Source: a virus
Taxonomy: Duplodnaviria; Caudoviricetes
DNA length: 51,657 nucleotides
IMG/VR virus record: IMGVR_UViG_3300030331_000022
Coordinates: 1-51,657 of that record
Direction: 5' to 3' (one strand)
Of this stretch, positions 34,209-44,900 are shown in pieces. Position 1 is the first letter of the stretch, and each line of letters opens with the position of its first letter. The notes beneath the pieces were generated by a model. It was not told where the DNA came from and did not search any database. It saw nothing but the letters and a program-made list of their open reading frames with translations. The position numbers were made by a program, and so were the translations under genes.

Positions 34209-36256
34209 AACACTTAACACTTGACATAGAAAACACTGTGACAAAAAGAAACGGCAAGATACATCTTGATCCGTTTGAACCAGAGAATACATTGGTTATG
34301 GTGGGTATGCTAGATGATCTTGGTAACGAAGCACTAGTGACATTTGATCACTCAGAGCATCCTCCCACCCAAGAGGGAGCACAGATAGTACAACGATTAC
34401 TTGATCGTGCTCCCTTACTAATTATGCATAATGCTGCACACGATCTTGTGTGGCTATGGGAATCAGGATTTAAATATGATGGCAAAATATTTGACACCAT
34501 GCTAGGTGAGTACGTTTTACAACGTGGTGTTAAAGAGCCTTTGTCTCTTGAGGCTTGTGCCATTAGGTATGACCTTGATACTAAGAAGCAAGATACTATG
34601 AAAGAGTATTTTAAGAAAGATGTGTCGGTAAAAGACATACCTTATGCAGAGTTGCAAGAGTATTTGTCTTTTGATTTGAAAGCTACACAACAATTGTACC
34701 TTTGTTTAGTGACATTGTACGAGGAGTGTAGCACACTGGAAGGGACACTGCGTCTTACTAATCAACTTGCAGTTTACCTAGCACGTATATACCAACGTGG
34801 CTTTGCTGTTGATATGTCTGTGCTTGATCAAGTTAGGCAAGAGTTTACAGAGGAACGAGATAACCTTGTCTCTAGTCTTGAAGCACAGGTGATTGATCTA
34901 ATGGGTTTTAGGCCAATCAATCTTAACAGTCCAGAGCAATTGTCTTGGGTTATCTATAGTAGCAAACCCAAAGACAAAAAAACATGGCCTGATATGTTTG
35001 ATCAACGTATGGATAGACAAGATGTCCAGTATCAGATACGTAACAATAGCATTAAGTTGTACAAACAAAAGGCAATGCAATGTAATGTATGCAAAGGTAA
35101 TGGAAAGATACGAAAGGTAAAGAAAGATGGAACACCATATGCAAAACCTAATAACTGTGCTACATGTAATGCCAGTGGTTTTCTATTTCTGGATACTAAT
35201 GAGATAGCTGGACTAAGATTCAGTAGGGATGTAGATAATCCTAAATGGATTAGTGCCAATGGCTTTAGCACCAGTAAAGATAATCTAGTGTATCTAGAGG
35301 GTATTGCACGTAGCAGAGGTAATACTAAGGCAGAAAAGTTTTTGTCCAGTGTACGTAGGTTGTCAGCAGTGGAAACCTACCTGTCCAGTTTTGTAGAGGG
35401 CATTGCAACTCACGTCAAGCCTGACGGTAAACTTCATGTAAGGTTGTTGCAACACCGCACTGGTACTGGCAGGTTGTCAGGGGCTGATCCTAACATGCAA
35501 AACATGCCACGTGGCGGTACGTTTCCTGTCAAACGTGTATTCAAGTCACGATGGGATGGCGGTAGTGTGATGGAGGCTGACTTTGCACAGTTAGAATTTC
35601 GTGTGGCTGCGTTTCTATCACAGGACACCACTGCTATTAACGAGGTAGCTACTGGCTTTGATGTGCACAGTTATACCGCCAAGGTTATTACAGATGCTGG
35701 TCAGTCTATCAGCAGACAGGAAGCAAAGGCACACACATTTGCCCCTTTGTATGGGGCAAGTGGCTTTGGTAGAACCAAGGCAGAGGCTGCTTATTATCAG
35801 CAGTTTACAACCAAGTACAGTGGCATTGCCAAGTGGCATGAGTCTTTGGCAAAGGAAGCATTAAATACAGGCAAGATTACTACTCCATCTGGACGTGAGT
35901 TTGCTTTTCCTGACGTAGAACGTAGACGTTATGGAGGTGTGACATTTTTCACACAGATTAAAAATTATCCCGTACAATCGTTTGCAACTGCTGACATTGT
36001 ACCTATATCTCTGATATATATCGACAAGATGCTAGAGATAAATAAATTAAATAGTTGCATCGTCAACACAGTACACGATAGTATTATTATTGATGTGCAC
36101 CCTAACGAGAAGGAGAAAGTATTAAGGATTATAAACCGTACTAATGAAGTGCTTACGTCACTGGTAAACAAACGGTGGAATTTGGATTTAAATGTACCTT
36201 TATTATTAGAGGCAAAAATTGGTCCGAATTGGCTTGACACAAAGGACGTAGCCTGA
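34205..36256 (+). CDS. polA: Family A DNA polymerase with 3'-5' exonuclease and a DnaJ-like zinc-finger insertion
   Basis: Exo I LDIE, Exo II HNAAHD, TGRLS..PNMQN, motif A DFAQLEFR, motif B RQEAKAHTFAPLYG, motif C VHDS; insert CNVCKGNG...CATCNASG. Confidence 0.95.
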   Translation: MKHLTLDIENTVTKRNGKIHLDPFEPENTLVMVGMLDDLGNEALVTFDHSEHPPTQEGAQIVQRLLDRAPLLIMHNAAHDLVWLWESGFKYDGKIFDTMLGEYVLQRGVKEPLSLEACAIRYDLDTKKQDTMKEYFKKDVSVKDIPYAELQEYLSFDLKATQQLYLCLVTLYEECSTLEGTLRLTNQLAVYLARIYQRGFAVDMSVLDQVRQEFTEERDNLVSSLEAQVIDLMGFRPINLNSPEQLSWVIYSSKPKDKKTWPDMFDQRMDRQDVQYQIRNNSIKLYKQKAMQCNVCKGNGKIRKVKKDGTPYAKPNNCATCNASGFLFLDTNEIAGLRFSRDVDNPKWISANGFSTSKDNLVYLEGIARSRGNTKAEKFLSSVRRLSAVETYLSSFVEGIATHVKPDGKLHVRLLQHRTGTGRLSGADPNMQNMPRGGTFPVKRVFKSRWDGGSVMEADFAQLEFRVAAFLSQDTTAINEVATGFDVHSYTAKVITDAGQSISRQEAKAHTFAPLYGASGFGRTKAEAAYYQQFTTKYSGIAKWHESLAKEALNTGKITTPSGREFAFPDVERRRYGGVTFFTQIKNYPVQSFATADIVPISLIYIDKMLEINKLNSCIVNTVHDSIIIDVHPNEKEKVLRIINRTNEVLTSLVNKRWNLDLNVPLLLEAKIGPNWLDTKDVA

Positions 36257-36266
36257 TATAACTATA
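36234..36266 (+). promoter_or_regulatory. Sigma70 promoter for the SSB/nuclease/RNR genes
   Basis: TTGACA-N17-TATAAC(TATA), upstream of RBS AAGGAG. Confidence 0.65.
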
Positions 36267-36297
36267 CATCTGTAACAAAAGAAAAGGAGATACATAT

Positions 36298-37194
36298 ATG
36301 ACAATGGTAGAAACATTTAACACATCAGATTACAACTCAATGGCTGCTACACTTGGGATGGCAGCAGACAATAAACCGTCCCGTGATAGTTCCACACTTG
36401 CACGATTGCGTATCAATCACTCACCTATCATGGGTGAGCAAGAGGTAAATGGTAAAAAGGTAAAGCTAGAGGTTGTAGCTGGTGGCACGTATAAGTTGGA
36501 GATTCCTGATGGGCCAACTTACTACGCAGAATCTGCCACTATACGTCCATACATGCAAAGGTTTATGTATAAACGATTTATCATGGGTAGTGATTCAGCA
36601 CCTAATCGTTATGTTAAAACGATTATGGCTGATAACCTAAACATTGATCTAAAAGACAATGATGGTGGTTTTAACTGTGGTAAACCTGCAGGATGGATAG
36701 AGGACTTCAAGGCTTTGCCTCAAAAAACACAAGACTTGATCCGACAGATTAAACGTGTTCGTGTAATGTTTGGCACAGTAACACTTGTTAATCCTGTAGA
36801 CTTGAATGGCAACCCTGTCAACCAAGAGTTAGACAATACCCCATTCATATGGGAGATTGAAAACCGTGATGCTTTTAAGATGGCTGGAGGTATCTTTGCC
36901 AAGCTAGGCAAGATGCGTAGGCTACCACCGATGCACACAATCAAGTCAGCCACACAAGAACGTAGCTTACCTAATGGTAACAGTTTCTTCTTACCTGATT
37001 TGGAGTTGGATATCACTAACTCGTTAGACTTAGATGCAGGTGCACAAGAAACACTAACAAACTTCTTGGCTTGGATTGCAAACTATAACGAGTACATATC
37101 TAACGCATGGGATGAAAACTCAGGTAAACACGAGGACATTCCATTCGATGATGTGGACGATATCATTGATGCAGATATGGAAGAATTTGCGTGA
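36298..37194 (+). CDS. Putative single-stranded DNA-binding / annealing protein
   Basis: Between polymerase and exonuclease; acidic C-terminal tail ending DADMEEFA; strong RBS. Confidence 0.6.
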   Translation: MTMVETFNTSDYNSMAATLGMAADNKPSRDSSTLARLRINHSPIMGEQEVNGKKVKLEVVAGGTYKLEIPDGPTYYAESATIRPYMQRFMYKRFIMGSDSAPNRYVKTIMADNLNIDLKDNDGGFNCGKPAGWIEDFKALPQKTQDLIRQIKRVRVMFGTVTLVNPVDLNGNPVNQELDNTPFIWEIENRDAFKMAGGIFAKLGKMRRLPPMHTIKSATQERSLPNGNSFFLPDLELDITNSLDLDAGAQETLTNFLAWIANYNEYISNAWDENSGKHEDIPFDDVDDIIDADMEEFA

Positions 37195-38045
37195 TAAACC
37201 ATCCAGCCGAACTAAAGATACATCAGTATCTGGAGAACGCAGCCAATGGCAAGTCAGAGATATCTGATGAAACTATTGACCGTGTTTCTTCAGATATTGC
37301 TGATGCATTGAAACGACAGTTTGGCTCTGGTAATAAACGTGACAAGTTTAGGTTAAGGATGTCCAACATTGGTCGTCCTACTTGTCAGCTTTGGTTTGAT
37401 AAAAATAAACCTGATGAGGCATTGCCAAAGCCAACCACATTTGTAATGAACATGATGATAGGAGACATAGTTGAGGCAGTGTTTAAAGGTATTCTTAAAG
37501 AGGCTAAAGTAGACTTTAAAGATACTGATAAAGTTAGCCTTGCAGTGGGAGACACTGATGATACTTATGTTTCTGGGTCGTATGACCTTATAATGGACGA
37601 TGCAGTTGATGACATCAAGTCTGCATCTGATTATAGTTACAAACACAAGTTTGACTCATACGAGTCACTGGAAAAGAGTGATCCGTTTGGTTACATAAGT
37701 CAACTTGCAGGATATGCTCGTGCAGCAGGTAGAAAACTAGGTGGCTGGTGGGTAATAAACAAAGCAAGTGGACAGTTTAAATATGTCAAGGCAAAGACAG
37801 ATGTGCCTAGACAAATAAATAAAATAAGGAGGGTAGTAGAAACTATAAACCTGAATGACTTCAGGAGATGCTTTTCCCCTGTACCCGAAACGTTTAGGGG
37901 GAAAGCAACTGGTAACTATATACTTGACGATAGTTGTAGATTTTGCGATTATCGGTTTGCATGTTGGCCTAGCCTAAAAGAAATACCATCTCGTGTATCT
38001 CAAGCTAAAGTGCCACCAATTGTACAATACGTAGAAGAGGAATAA
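37191..38045 (+). CDS. PD-(D/E)XK exonuclease (Cas4/RecB-like)
   Basis: RMSNIGRP.CQLW, GSYDL...DDIKS, Y..QL.GY and C-terminal C.FCDY...CW motifs. Confidence 0.82.
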   Translation: MINHPAELKIHQYLENAANGKSEISDETIDRVSSDIADALKRQFGSGNKRDKFRLRMSNIGRPTCQLWFDKNKPDEALPKPTTFVMNMMIGDIVEAVFKGILKEAKVDFKDTDKVSLAVGDTDDTYVSGSYDLIMDDAVDDIKSASDYSYKHKFDSYESLEKSDPFGYISQLAGYARAAGRKLGGWWVINKASGQFKYVKAKTDVPRQINKIRRVVETINLNDFRRCFSPVPETFRGKATGNYILDDSCRFCDYRFACWPSLKEIPSRVSQAKVPPIVQYVEEE

Positions 38046-38047
38046 TA

Positions 38048-38500
38048 GTGAACCATAAACAGTTTAAAGCTGCAATGAAGCATGGGTATAGGAGTGGTCT
38101 TGAAATAAAGGTCAAAGACTTTTTAAGAGAACATAAGATACCTATCAAGTACGAATGCTTAAAGATTGAGTGGGAAGACTTGATGTATCGTACCTATACC
38201 CCTGACTTTATTTTACCTAACGGTATTATTGTTGAGGTCAAGGGTAGATTCACTGCGACTGATAGGCGCAAACACGTTTGTATCAAGAAACAACATCCTA
38301 AGTTGGATATTCGTTTTGTATTTGAGAGTAGTAGACGCAAGCTAAGTAAAGGTGCTAAAACTACGTATGCCTCATGGTGTGAACGTAACAAGTTTGCATA
38401 CTGTGATCGTGTAATACCTATAGAGTGGCTAAAAGAAAAAGGTAAGAATATGCATCCAGAGTTTATTCAGTTTCCTTTAAAAAAAGTAAAGAGAGGTTAG
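38048..38500 (+). CDS. Endonuclease I / Holliday junction resolvase (T7 gp3-like)
   Basis: YRSGLE, YTPDFILPNGIIVEVKGRF..DRRKH and LDIRFVF motifs. Confidence 0.92.
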   Translation: MNHKQFKAAMKHGYRSGLEIKVKDFLREHKIPIKYECLKIEWEDLMYRTYTPDFILPNGIIVEVKGRFTATDRRKHVCIKKQHPKLDIRFVFESSRRKLSKGAKTTYASWCERNKFAYCDRVIPIEWLKEKGKNMHPEFIQFPLKKVKRG

Positions 38501-38501
38501 C

Positions 38502-38822
38502 ATGGGTACAGTATTTCAACAGTTCGATGACAACGATATATTAATACGTCTGTCTCCCTTCCTAGATGAACAAGATGGGTGGACAGGTGAAGTGTTGGTA
38601 GGCATAGCAACATCAGAAGATAACTATCTTAGTGAAAATGATTATTTTCATATCATGCAATTAGGATCTATGTTATGTGCAGCAGTTCCTTTAATGGAAG
38701 AAAGTGAAACATTTAGAAAAATGCTTTACGAGTACACACAAAATGTGTTAGAAGAGGAGAGAAAAGAAAAAAAGAAAAAAGTAGTAGAGAAACACGACAA
38801 TATAATTAAGGTAAACTTTTGA
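38502..38822 (+). CDS. Hypothetical protein
   Basis: 106 aa ending NIIKVNF; RBS GAGG. Confidence 0.7.
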   Translation: MGTVFQQFDDNDILIRLSPFLDEQDGWTGEVLVGIATSEDNYLSENDYFHIMQLGSMLCAAVPLMEESETFRKMLYEYTQNVLEEERKEKKKKVVEKHDNIIKVNF

Positions 38823-39076
38823 AAGGATCACGAATGTTTGACAATGTAAACAATCCAAAACATTATAACCAAGCAGGTATTGAATGCATTGATGCCATTC
38901 GTGCCGCCACTGGTGACGGTTTTGAATACTATCTACAGGGCAATATACTAAAGTATTTGTGGAGATATCGGTACAAGAATGGGGTAGAGGATCTCAAAAA
39001 AGCACAATGGTATCTCAAGCTATTGATTGAGGAAAAAAATGCGAGTAAAAATATTTCTGACAATAGAACTGGATGA
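38819..39076 (+). CDS. DUF3310 (T7 gp1.7-like nucleotide kinase family)
   Basis: DNVNNPKHY..GIECIDAI...GNILKYLWRY.YKNG.EDLKKAQWYL. Confidence 0.85.
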   Translation: MKGSRMFDNVNNPKHYNQAGIECIDAIRAATGDGFEYYLQGNILKYLWRYRYKNGVEDLKKAQWYLKLLIEEKNASKNISDNRTG

Positions 39077-39197
39077 AGAGGATTACCCAATACCTGTAGA
39101 TGGTATGGTGGAGGAAGATGTGGATGAGACTATACGTAACCTCATTCACGATGTAGACGGTGTTACCGTCAAGTCTGTAAAAGTAATAGTGGAGTAA
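39039..39197 (+). CDS. Small acidic protein, 52 aa (not in ORF track)
   Basis: MRVKIFLTIELDEEDYPIPVDGMVEEDVDETIRNLIHDVDGVTVKSVKVIVE; RBS GAGG. Confidence 0.6.
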   Translation: MRVKIFLTIELDEEDYPIPVDGMVEEDVDETIRNLIHDVDGVTVKSVKVIVE

Positions 39198-39200
39198 ATA

Positions 39201-40958
39201 ATGATATTAGAAAAACCGACAGAAACCTATGGCCCAACACTTAATATCTCTGAAGAGATACATTCCATGAAGTATCGTGGAAAAAACGAGTCATTTAAAG
39301 AAGCTATGAAACGTGTAGCTGAAGCATTAAAAGATGATGATCATCACTTTTTAAACTTTAAAAATATTCTGTACAATCAAAGGTTCTTACCTGCTGGACG
39401 TGTGCAGTCAGCAATGGGTGCACCAAGACGTGTAACACCTTACAATTGTTTTGTGTCTACCACCATACAGGATAGTATGCAAGGCATCATGGAAGCCGCC
39501 ACAAGAGCCGCAGAGACTATGAGGCTTGGTGGTGGTATTGGATACGACTTTTCTACGTTACGTCCACGAGGGGCCATGATACGCAGCCTAGAGAGCAAGT
39601 CCTCTGGCCCTATATCTTTTATGAATGTGTTTGATGCAGTGTGCGGCACAATCTCAAGTGCAGGGCATAGACGTGGAGCACAGATGGGTGTGCTACGTGT
39701 TGATCACCCTGATATAGAGGAGTTTGTACGTGCAAAGAACAATAGTACTGACCTAACTAACTTCAATGTGTCGGTAGGTATCACAGATAAGTTTATGGAA
39801 GCAGTAAAATCGGACAGTGACTTTGACCTAGTGTTTGAAGGAACTATCTATAAGACTATCAGTGCTAGTGCACTATGGGATGACATTTTACGCAGCACAT
39901 GGGACTGGGCAGAACCTGGGATACTATTCATTGACAGGATAAATAAAAAGAACAATCTACGTTATTGTGAAACTATTGCAGCTACAAACCCGTGTGGTGA
40001 GCAGCCATTGCCACCTAACGGAGCATGCTTGCTTGGCTCTTTTAATTTAACTAAATACGTTGTAAAAGTAAATGACAAGTACGTGTTTAATATTAATCAG
40101 CTACGTAATGACATACCCAATGTTGTTCGTGCTATGGATAACGTGGTGGATCGTGCGGTATATCCACTAAGCCAACAAGAACAAGAGGCTAAATCAAAAC
40201 GCCGCATGGGATTAGGTGTGACAGGTGTTGCTAATGCAATAGAGGCACTTGGCTTTGATTACGGATCATCCGCATTCATCACACAACTAGAAATGATAAT
40301 GGAGGTAATACGTGATACAGCATATAAAAGTTCTATTTCTTTGGCCTTGGAAAAAGGTCCGTTCCCTTTGTTCGATCAGAGGTACTTGGATTCCGATTTT
40401 GCAAAGACTTTACCAGACGACATTAGGCAGGATATTTCTAATTATGGCATTCGCAATAGCCATTTACTATCTGTGGCCCCAACAGGAACAATCAGTCTCT
40501 CAGCAGATAATGTCTCCAGTGGGATCGAACCTGTCTTCTCCTACTATTACGACAGAACCATTATCACCTTCGATGGACCCCAGACAGAACGAGTAGAGGA
40601 CTACGGATATAGGGTGTTTGGTGTTAAGGGCAGGACTGCTGACGACTTGTCTGTATTTGATCATGTAAAAGTGCTCAATGCAGCCAGCAAATACGTTGAC
40701 AGTGCCTGTTCTAAGACATGTAATGTTGGTGATGATGTATCGTGGGATGATTTTAAAGATGTGTACATGCAAGCATATGAAGGTGGTGCATCTGGATGTA
40801 CAACTTTTCGTGCATCAGGAAAACGGTATGGCATTCTTAATGCATCCTCTGCTGAAGATGTAGTAGAGGAAGAAATTGTAGAAAATACAAAAGATTTTGT
40901 TGACGAAGGAACAGCTTGCTATTATGATATGGAAACTGGTCTTCGTAAGTGTGAATAA
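39201..40958 (+). CDS. nrdJ: Class II (adenosylcobalamin-dependent) ribonucleotide reductase
   Basis: FLPAGR, NCFV, GGGIGYDFS.LRP, RRGAQM, ATNPCGEQ, RRMGLG and APTGTIS motifs; no small-subunit gene present. Confidence 0.88.
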   Translation: MILEKPTETYGPTLNISEEIHSMKYRGKNESFKEAMKRVAEALKDDDHHFLNFKNILYNQRFLPAGRVQSAMGAPRRVTPYNCFVSTTIQDSMQGIMEAATRAAETMRLGGGIGYDFSTLRPRGAMIRSLESKSSGPISFMNVFDAVCGTISSAGHRRGAQMGVLRVDHPDIEEFVRAKNNSTDLTNFNVSVGITDKFMEAVKSDSDFDLVFEGTIYKTISASALWDDILRSTWDWAEPGILFIDRINKKNNLRYCETIAATNPCGEQPLPPNGACLLGSFNLTKYVVKVNDKYVFNINQLRNDIPNVVRAMDNVVDRAVYPLSQQEQEAKSKRRMGLGVTGVANAIEALGFDYGSSAFITQLEMIMEVIRDTAYKSSISLALEKGPFPLFDQRYLDSDFAKTLPDDIRQDISNYGIRNSHLLSVAPTGTISLSADNVSSGIEPVFSYYYDRTIITFDGPQTERVEDYGYRVFGVKGRTADDLSVFDHVKVLNAASKYVDSACSKTCNVGDDVSWDDFKDVYMQAYEGGASGCTTFRASGKRYGILNASSAEDVVEEEIVENTKDFVDEGTACYYDMETGLRKCE

Positions 40959-40971
40959 AAGGAGTGACTAA

Positions 40972-41190
40972 ATGACAAAAGTAAATATAAATGATGTGGA
41001 TTATGATACAGAGGATTTCAATGAGGATCAAACGGCCTTGTACAAAGAGTTCATATATGCTGCAAATGTAGTCAATAATCTTAACTATCAAATGCAGTGT
41101 GTAAAAACAATGCAAGCTAGTGTAGCAAATAAACTAACTAAATCTTTACAAGATAAAGGAGATGATAATGCCAGTACGGAAGAAGTTTAG
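40972..41190 (+). CDS. Hypothetical protein
   Basis: 72 aa, RBS AAGGAG. Confidence 0.7.
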   Translation: MTKVNINDVDYDTEDFNEDQTALYKEFIYAANVVNNLNYQMQCVKTMQASVANKLTKSLQDKGDDNASTEEV

Positions 41191-41623
41191 AAGAGATTGG
41201 TACAACAGGTATGACTCACCTGCCAAACAAACCCTCGTGCAATACCTAGAAAGTATCGGACACGAGATAACCGAAACTAAAGAAAATTACACTGTGGATA
41301 TTGTTTCAACAAAAGAAAACCACACGTATTTTAACGAGGCAGAGGTTAAGGTTTCTTGGACAGGTGATTGGCCTACCGAGTGGAAGGAGATACGTATACC
41401 AGAACGTAAAACTAGACTGCTTGACAGGTACAAAGATGCCAATGGTGTGCTAAACTTCTACGTTTTTCGTAGAGACTTAAAGCAGGTATGGCGTATCAAA
41501 GATACCAGCCTGACAAAAGAACGGTTACGTGAAGCAAAAGGTAGAAACATCACAAAGGGAGAACACTTTTATCACATCCCTTACACAGAAGCAAAACTAA
41601 TTAATATAGGAGAAGCAGCATGA
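41168..41623 (+). CDS. Putative PD-(D/E)XK nuclease-like protein
   Basis: YTVDI...EAEVK..W motif; likely ATG at 41168. Confidence 0.55.
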   Translation: MPVRKKFRRDWYNRYDSPAKQTLVQYLESIGHEITETKENYTVDIVSTKENHTYFNEAEVKVSWTGDWPTEWKEIRIPERKTRLLDRYKDANGVLNFYVFRRDLKQVWRIKDTSLTKERLREAKGRNITKGEHFYHIPYTEAKLINIGEAA

Positions 41624-41877
41624 ACCCTAAGAAACTATCCCGTAAACAACGCAATCTTGGCAAACATGATGCGCCACTAAAATGGCAGTTTGACCAAGGC
41701 TTCAATGCCTTTAAACGTGGGAAGATTGTCAACCCATTCTCAGATGACACCATGCAGTCTAGAGAGTGGGAGAGAGGCTTCAATAAAGCCTACTTTGAAC
41801 AACTAAAACGGGTTAAAAAATATGAGCTTGGAAGAAGAGGCAAAGCAGTTTCTCAAGAAACGGAACACAGAGTCTGA
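41620..41877 (+). CDS. Small basic protein with an RMF-like motif
   Basis: FDQGFNAF..G...NPF....REWERGF resembles the ribosome modulation factor pattern GY.AG..G...CPY....WL.GW. Confidence 0.55.
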   Translation: MNPKKLSRKQRNLGKHDAPLKWQFDQGFNAFKRGKIVNPFSDDTMQSREWERGFNKAYFEQLKRVKKYELGRRGKAVSQETEHRV

Positions 41878-41953
41878 TCCAGACAGGCTACGTGACGAGT
41901 TAATAAAAATGCTGGAATGGTTCATAGAACAACTCAAGAAAAAAGGGGCTTAG
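41822..41953 (+). CDS. 43-aa hypothetical protein, last gene of the + block (not in ORF track)
   Basis: MSLEEEAKQFLKKRNTESDPDRLRDELIKMLEWFIEQLKKKGA. Confidence 0.5.
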   Translation: MSLEEEAKQFLKKRNTESDPDRLRDELIKMLEWFIEQLKKKGA

Positions 41954-41970
41954 TTGCCCCTTAATTTTTT
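41936..41970. terminator. Bidirectional intrinsic terminator at the convergence point
   Basis: A-run, AAGGGGC-TTAGTT-GCCCCTT, then AATTTTTT, between convergent stop codons. Confidence 0.75.
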
Positions 41971-44900
41971 GGTACAAAATCTATGTCCTGTAACAGGCCA
42001 CTAAATGTTATTAAAGAAGTTAGATCTTCTAAACTTGTTATATCAGGCAGTCTTTTATTTACATCTTTAAATAAAACTATACCGTAGGCTCTTTCATCTT
42101 TTGATAATCTTCTTAATTGATCCGCAAGTATGGCACGTTGATCAGCAAGACCAGCTTCAGGATCATTATAAGCTGCACGTAAATCTTCTGCAGCATTTTT
42201 AATAAAAACACGTGCAGCCCTGTGTTGATCTATTTTACGAGTATGTTTAGACTCTGCAAAATCTTTAGCTAATGTTACCATCATTGGAAAAACATTTTCT
42301 AAAAATTCATTTTCTGCCAACTTTAGTTCTGGTATTCTAGATTTACTACCATACTCATATGTTGCATCGTCATAGCCTATTTCAGTTAAATAATCTCTAA
42401 CATCTGAGTCACGATCTTTTATAGTTATACCTGCAAATAGCCTTGTTGCTGCATCAGGACGATCAACCTGCCCTTCATCTATTGTAACACGATTTGGTAA
42501 CTCTTCTTCAAATGATGGTGCAGCTAAACCTCTCCTAGCTATTTGCTCATAAAATGTATTTTCAAAGGTGCTTTCTGATACCTCTACACTGCCAGTAAAA
42601 TCTTTTGCCTCTTTAGTTCTAATGTCTAATGCTCTTTGTGCCTCTGGTATTTGAAATATGGGAGTAAGAAATGTGTTGACGTATTGTCCAACTAAACGGC
42701 CTATTCTTTTAGAACGTACTTCTGCGTCTATTTCATCATCTGTTCCTTTTATAATCTCAGTTATTTCATCAACAAATACATTTCCAGTTCCTGTTCTAAC
42801 TACAGTTCCAAGAAATGTTTCAGTTATTTCATCCATCCCCATGCCAAACCAAGTACCTAACGTTCCTTCTTGTTGCCTTCTTGCAAAATCAGCTATCCAA
42901 GATGCTTGTCTTAAAGGATACTGAGCAGTAATATCTGCTTGCTTATCTTCGTATGCCATTGTAGTATAGTTTTCTGTGGCATGTTCACTTGTTCTATAAT
43001 CATACATACCTTTTAGAGCAGCTAATCCTACAAGATTACGTGTAATGTCTTGCCTATCTCTAGCCGTTAAACCAGCTTCACGAGATTCTTTAAACAGTGC
43101 TTTTCTAATTGCTACTTGTGGTATACCACCTACGTTTTGTGCTATGTATTCCATTGATCTAAACATAAATCTAGGAAAGGGTACTATAACAGTTAAACCT
43201 GATTTAGTTATAAAATTAGATAGAACTTTAAATGGGGCAAAATCAGGTGGCAAAGCATACGTAACGTCCAGTGCTTTATTTGTGGATGCTTCAACTAAAC
43301 TTAAAAAAGAATCTCCATCTTCAGGACGCAATGAGGGAGCATCATTTAACAAGTCTTGTATCTTACCCTCTTTTAAAGATTGTTGTAAATCTACATCCCA
43401 CTTAACTTTTAATTGTCGTTCTAGTTCTGCCAAGAATGTTGCTCGTCTAACAACATGTTCTTGCCAACGGTTAGGGCCATTTACTGCCCATGCTAAGTCC
43501 TCACCACGTGACATTACTTGGTCTAATGCATAACCTGCTTTCGATGTAGACTGACCTCTACCTGTTGCCTTTTGTATTTCACCAATGCTATTAAACATTT
43601 TATCAAATTGTTCGGAAAGCTCTGGTCTATCTAAAATATAATCCGTAAATTCCTCTGCACGATTTTGCTCTAAAAACATGTAACGTAAATTATTAAATGA
43701 TCCTGACCACGTTCCATCCCTAACTAAAGGATTAACTGAATTATGAAAATCTATTAAAGCTGCACCTCTAGACTTACCTGTGTGTCTAGCATTTCCATAT
43801 GTAAGTATGGCAGTATCCATTATATCTGACAAAGACTCCATAGGAGAACGTATTAGTGCAGATTGAAAGTTACGTACAGCAGTAGCTAACGAGGATACCA
43901 TTAACCCTCTACGTATATTTTCTCCACGTAGAACAGTGCCTGTCCACATTTTACCAAGTGCATTTTGTGTAGCTATCTTAGCTTCTATTTCCTGTAGTTC
44001 TTTGACAGACTTTGGCTTGATGCGATTAATTTGTGATAAACGATTTAATAACTTACCTGCTTTTGATCCTGATCCTACAATACCAAGCACGTATTCTTCA
44101 AAACTTAACCCATTCTTTGTTAAAACTTCTAGTAATTCTGGAGATGTAAGTAATTCTTTATCAAGTGTGAGATCAAATAATTTATCTATTAATCTTTCAC
44201 CTTTCATATCTTTAAAAGGTTTGCCTTTTTTAACTTTTAATTTATCTGCAAACTTAGGATCACTTTTTAAGTCTACTATTGTGGAAACAAATATATCCAT
44301 CTTATCTGGATCAAGTATGGGTAGTGCAAGTGCATCATCATTTATTGCATAGTCTGTTAAATTTACAGTCTTACCATCATTACCTACGTAGCCCATGTCA
44401 CTGTAGTAATCACTAATTTTTTTAGTACCTGCCTCTCTAATTAAATCTGGATCAGGAACGAGATTGCCATCTTTTAACTCTTTAGATATTTTTACATCTA
44501 ATTCTTCTTCCATTTCCTTTATTAATTGTGTACGTAATTCTTTATTATCAGAGGCAACACTCTTTGCTGCTGCTACCTTTTCGTCATACAATTTAGTTTC
44601 GTTAGCAATAGCTTTAGCTACATCATCATAAGCAGTCCTGCCACCTGATAATACTTTCCATGTAGCATTTATTGGCTTTATAATTAGTTTTGCTATCGGA
44701 ATAGTAGCTGCAGTTTCTAATATACCAATACCAGTATTAAGTGCAGCCTGACCATATTCATCATCACGAACATTTTCTTGAACATCTGCAAAAATATGTG
44801 GTATTTCTACTGCAGCAGTAACAGGATTTAAAAACTCATCAGCCAAAACTATTTTATTTAGTTGTGGTATTGTTAAAAACCCTGCCTCTACTGCATTTAA

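Noticed and set aside
37361-37374. One-mismatch copy of the early palindrome (GTCCAACATTGGTC)
   Set aside because: It is imperfect, far from the cluster, and encodes the conserved MSNIGR protein motif, so it is probably coincidental.
37191-38045. Cas4-like nuclease as evidence of a CRISPR-Cas system
   Set aside because: No array or other cas genes; this is the usual phage replication exonuclease between SSB and endonuclease I.
34205-40958. Inteins or introns in polA or nrdJ
   Set aside because: Both ORFs are continuous and of normal length, with no Hint or LAGLIDADG motifs; the only insert is the short zinc finger.
22601-41783. Minus-strand and alternate-frame ORFs within the early/replication block (e.g. 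25476-25910, 29096-29527, 31561-32040)
   Set aside because: They are fully overlapped by well-supported, translationally coupled + strand genes.
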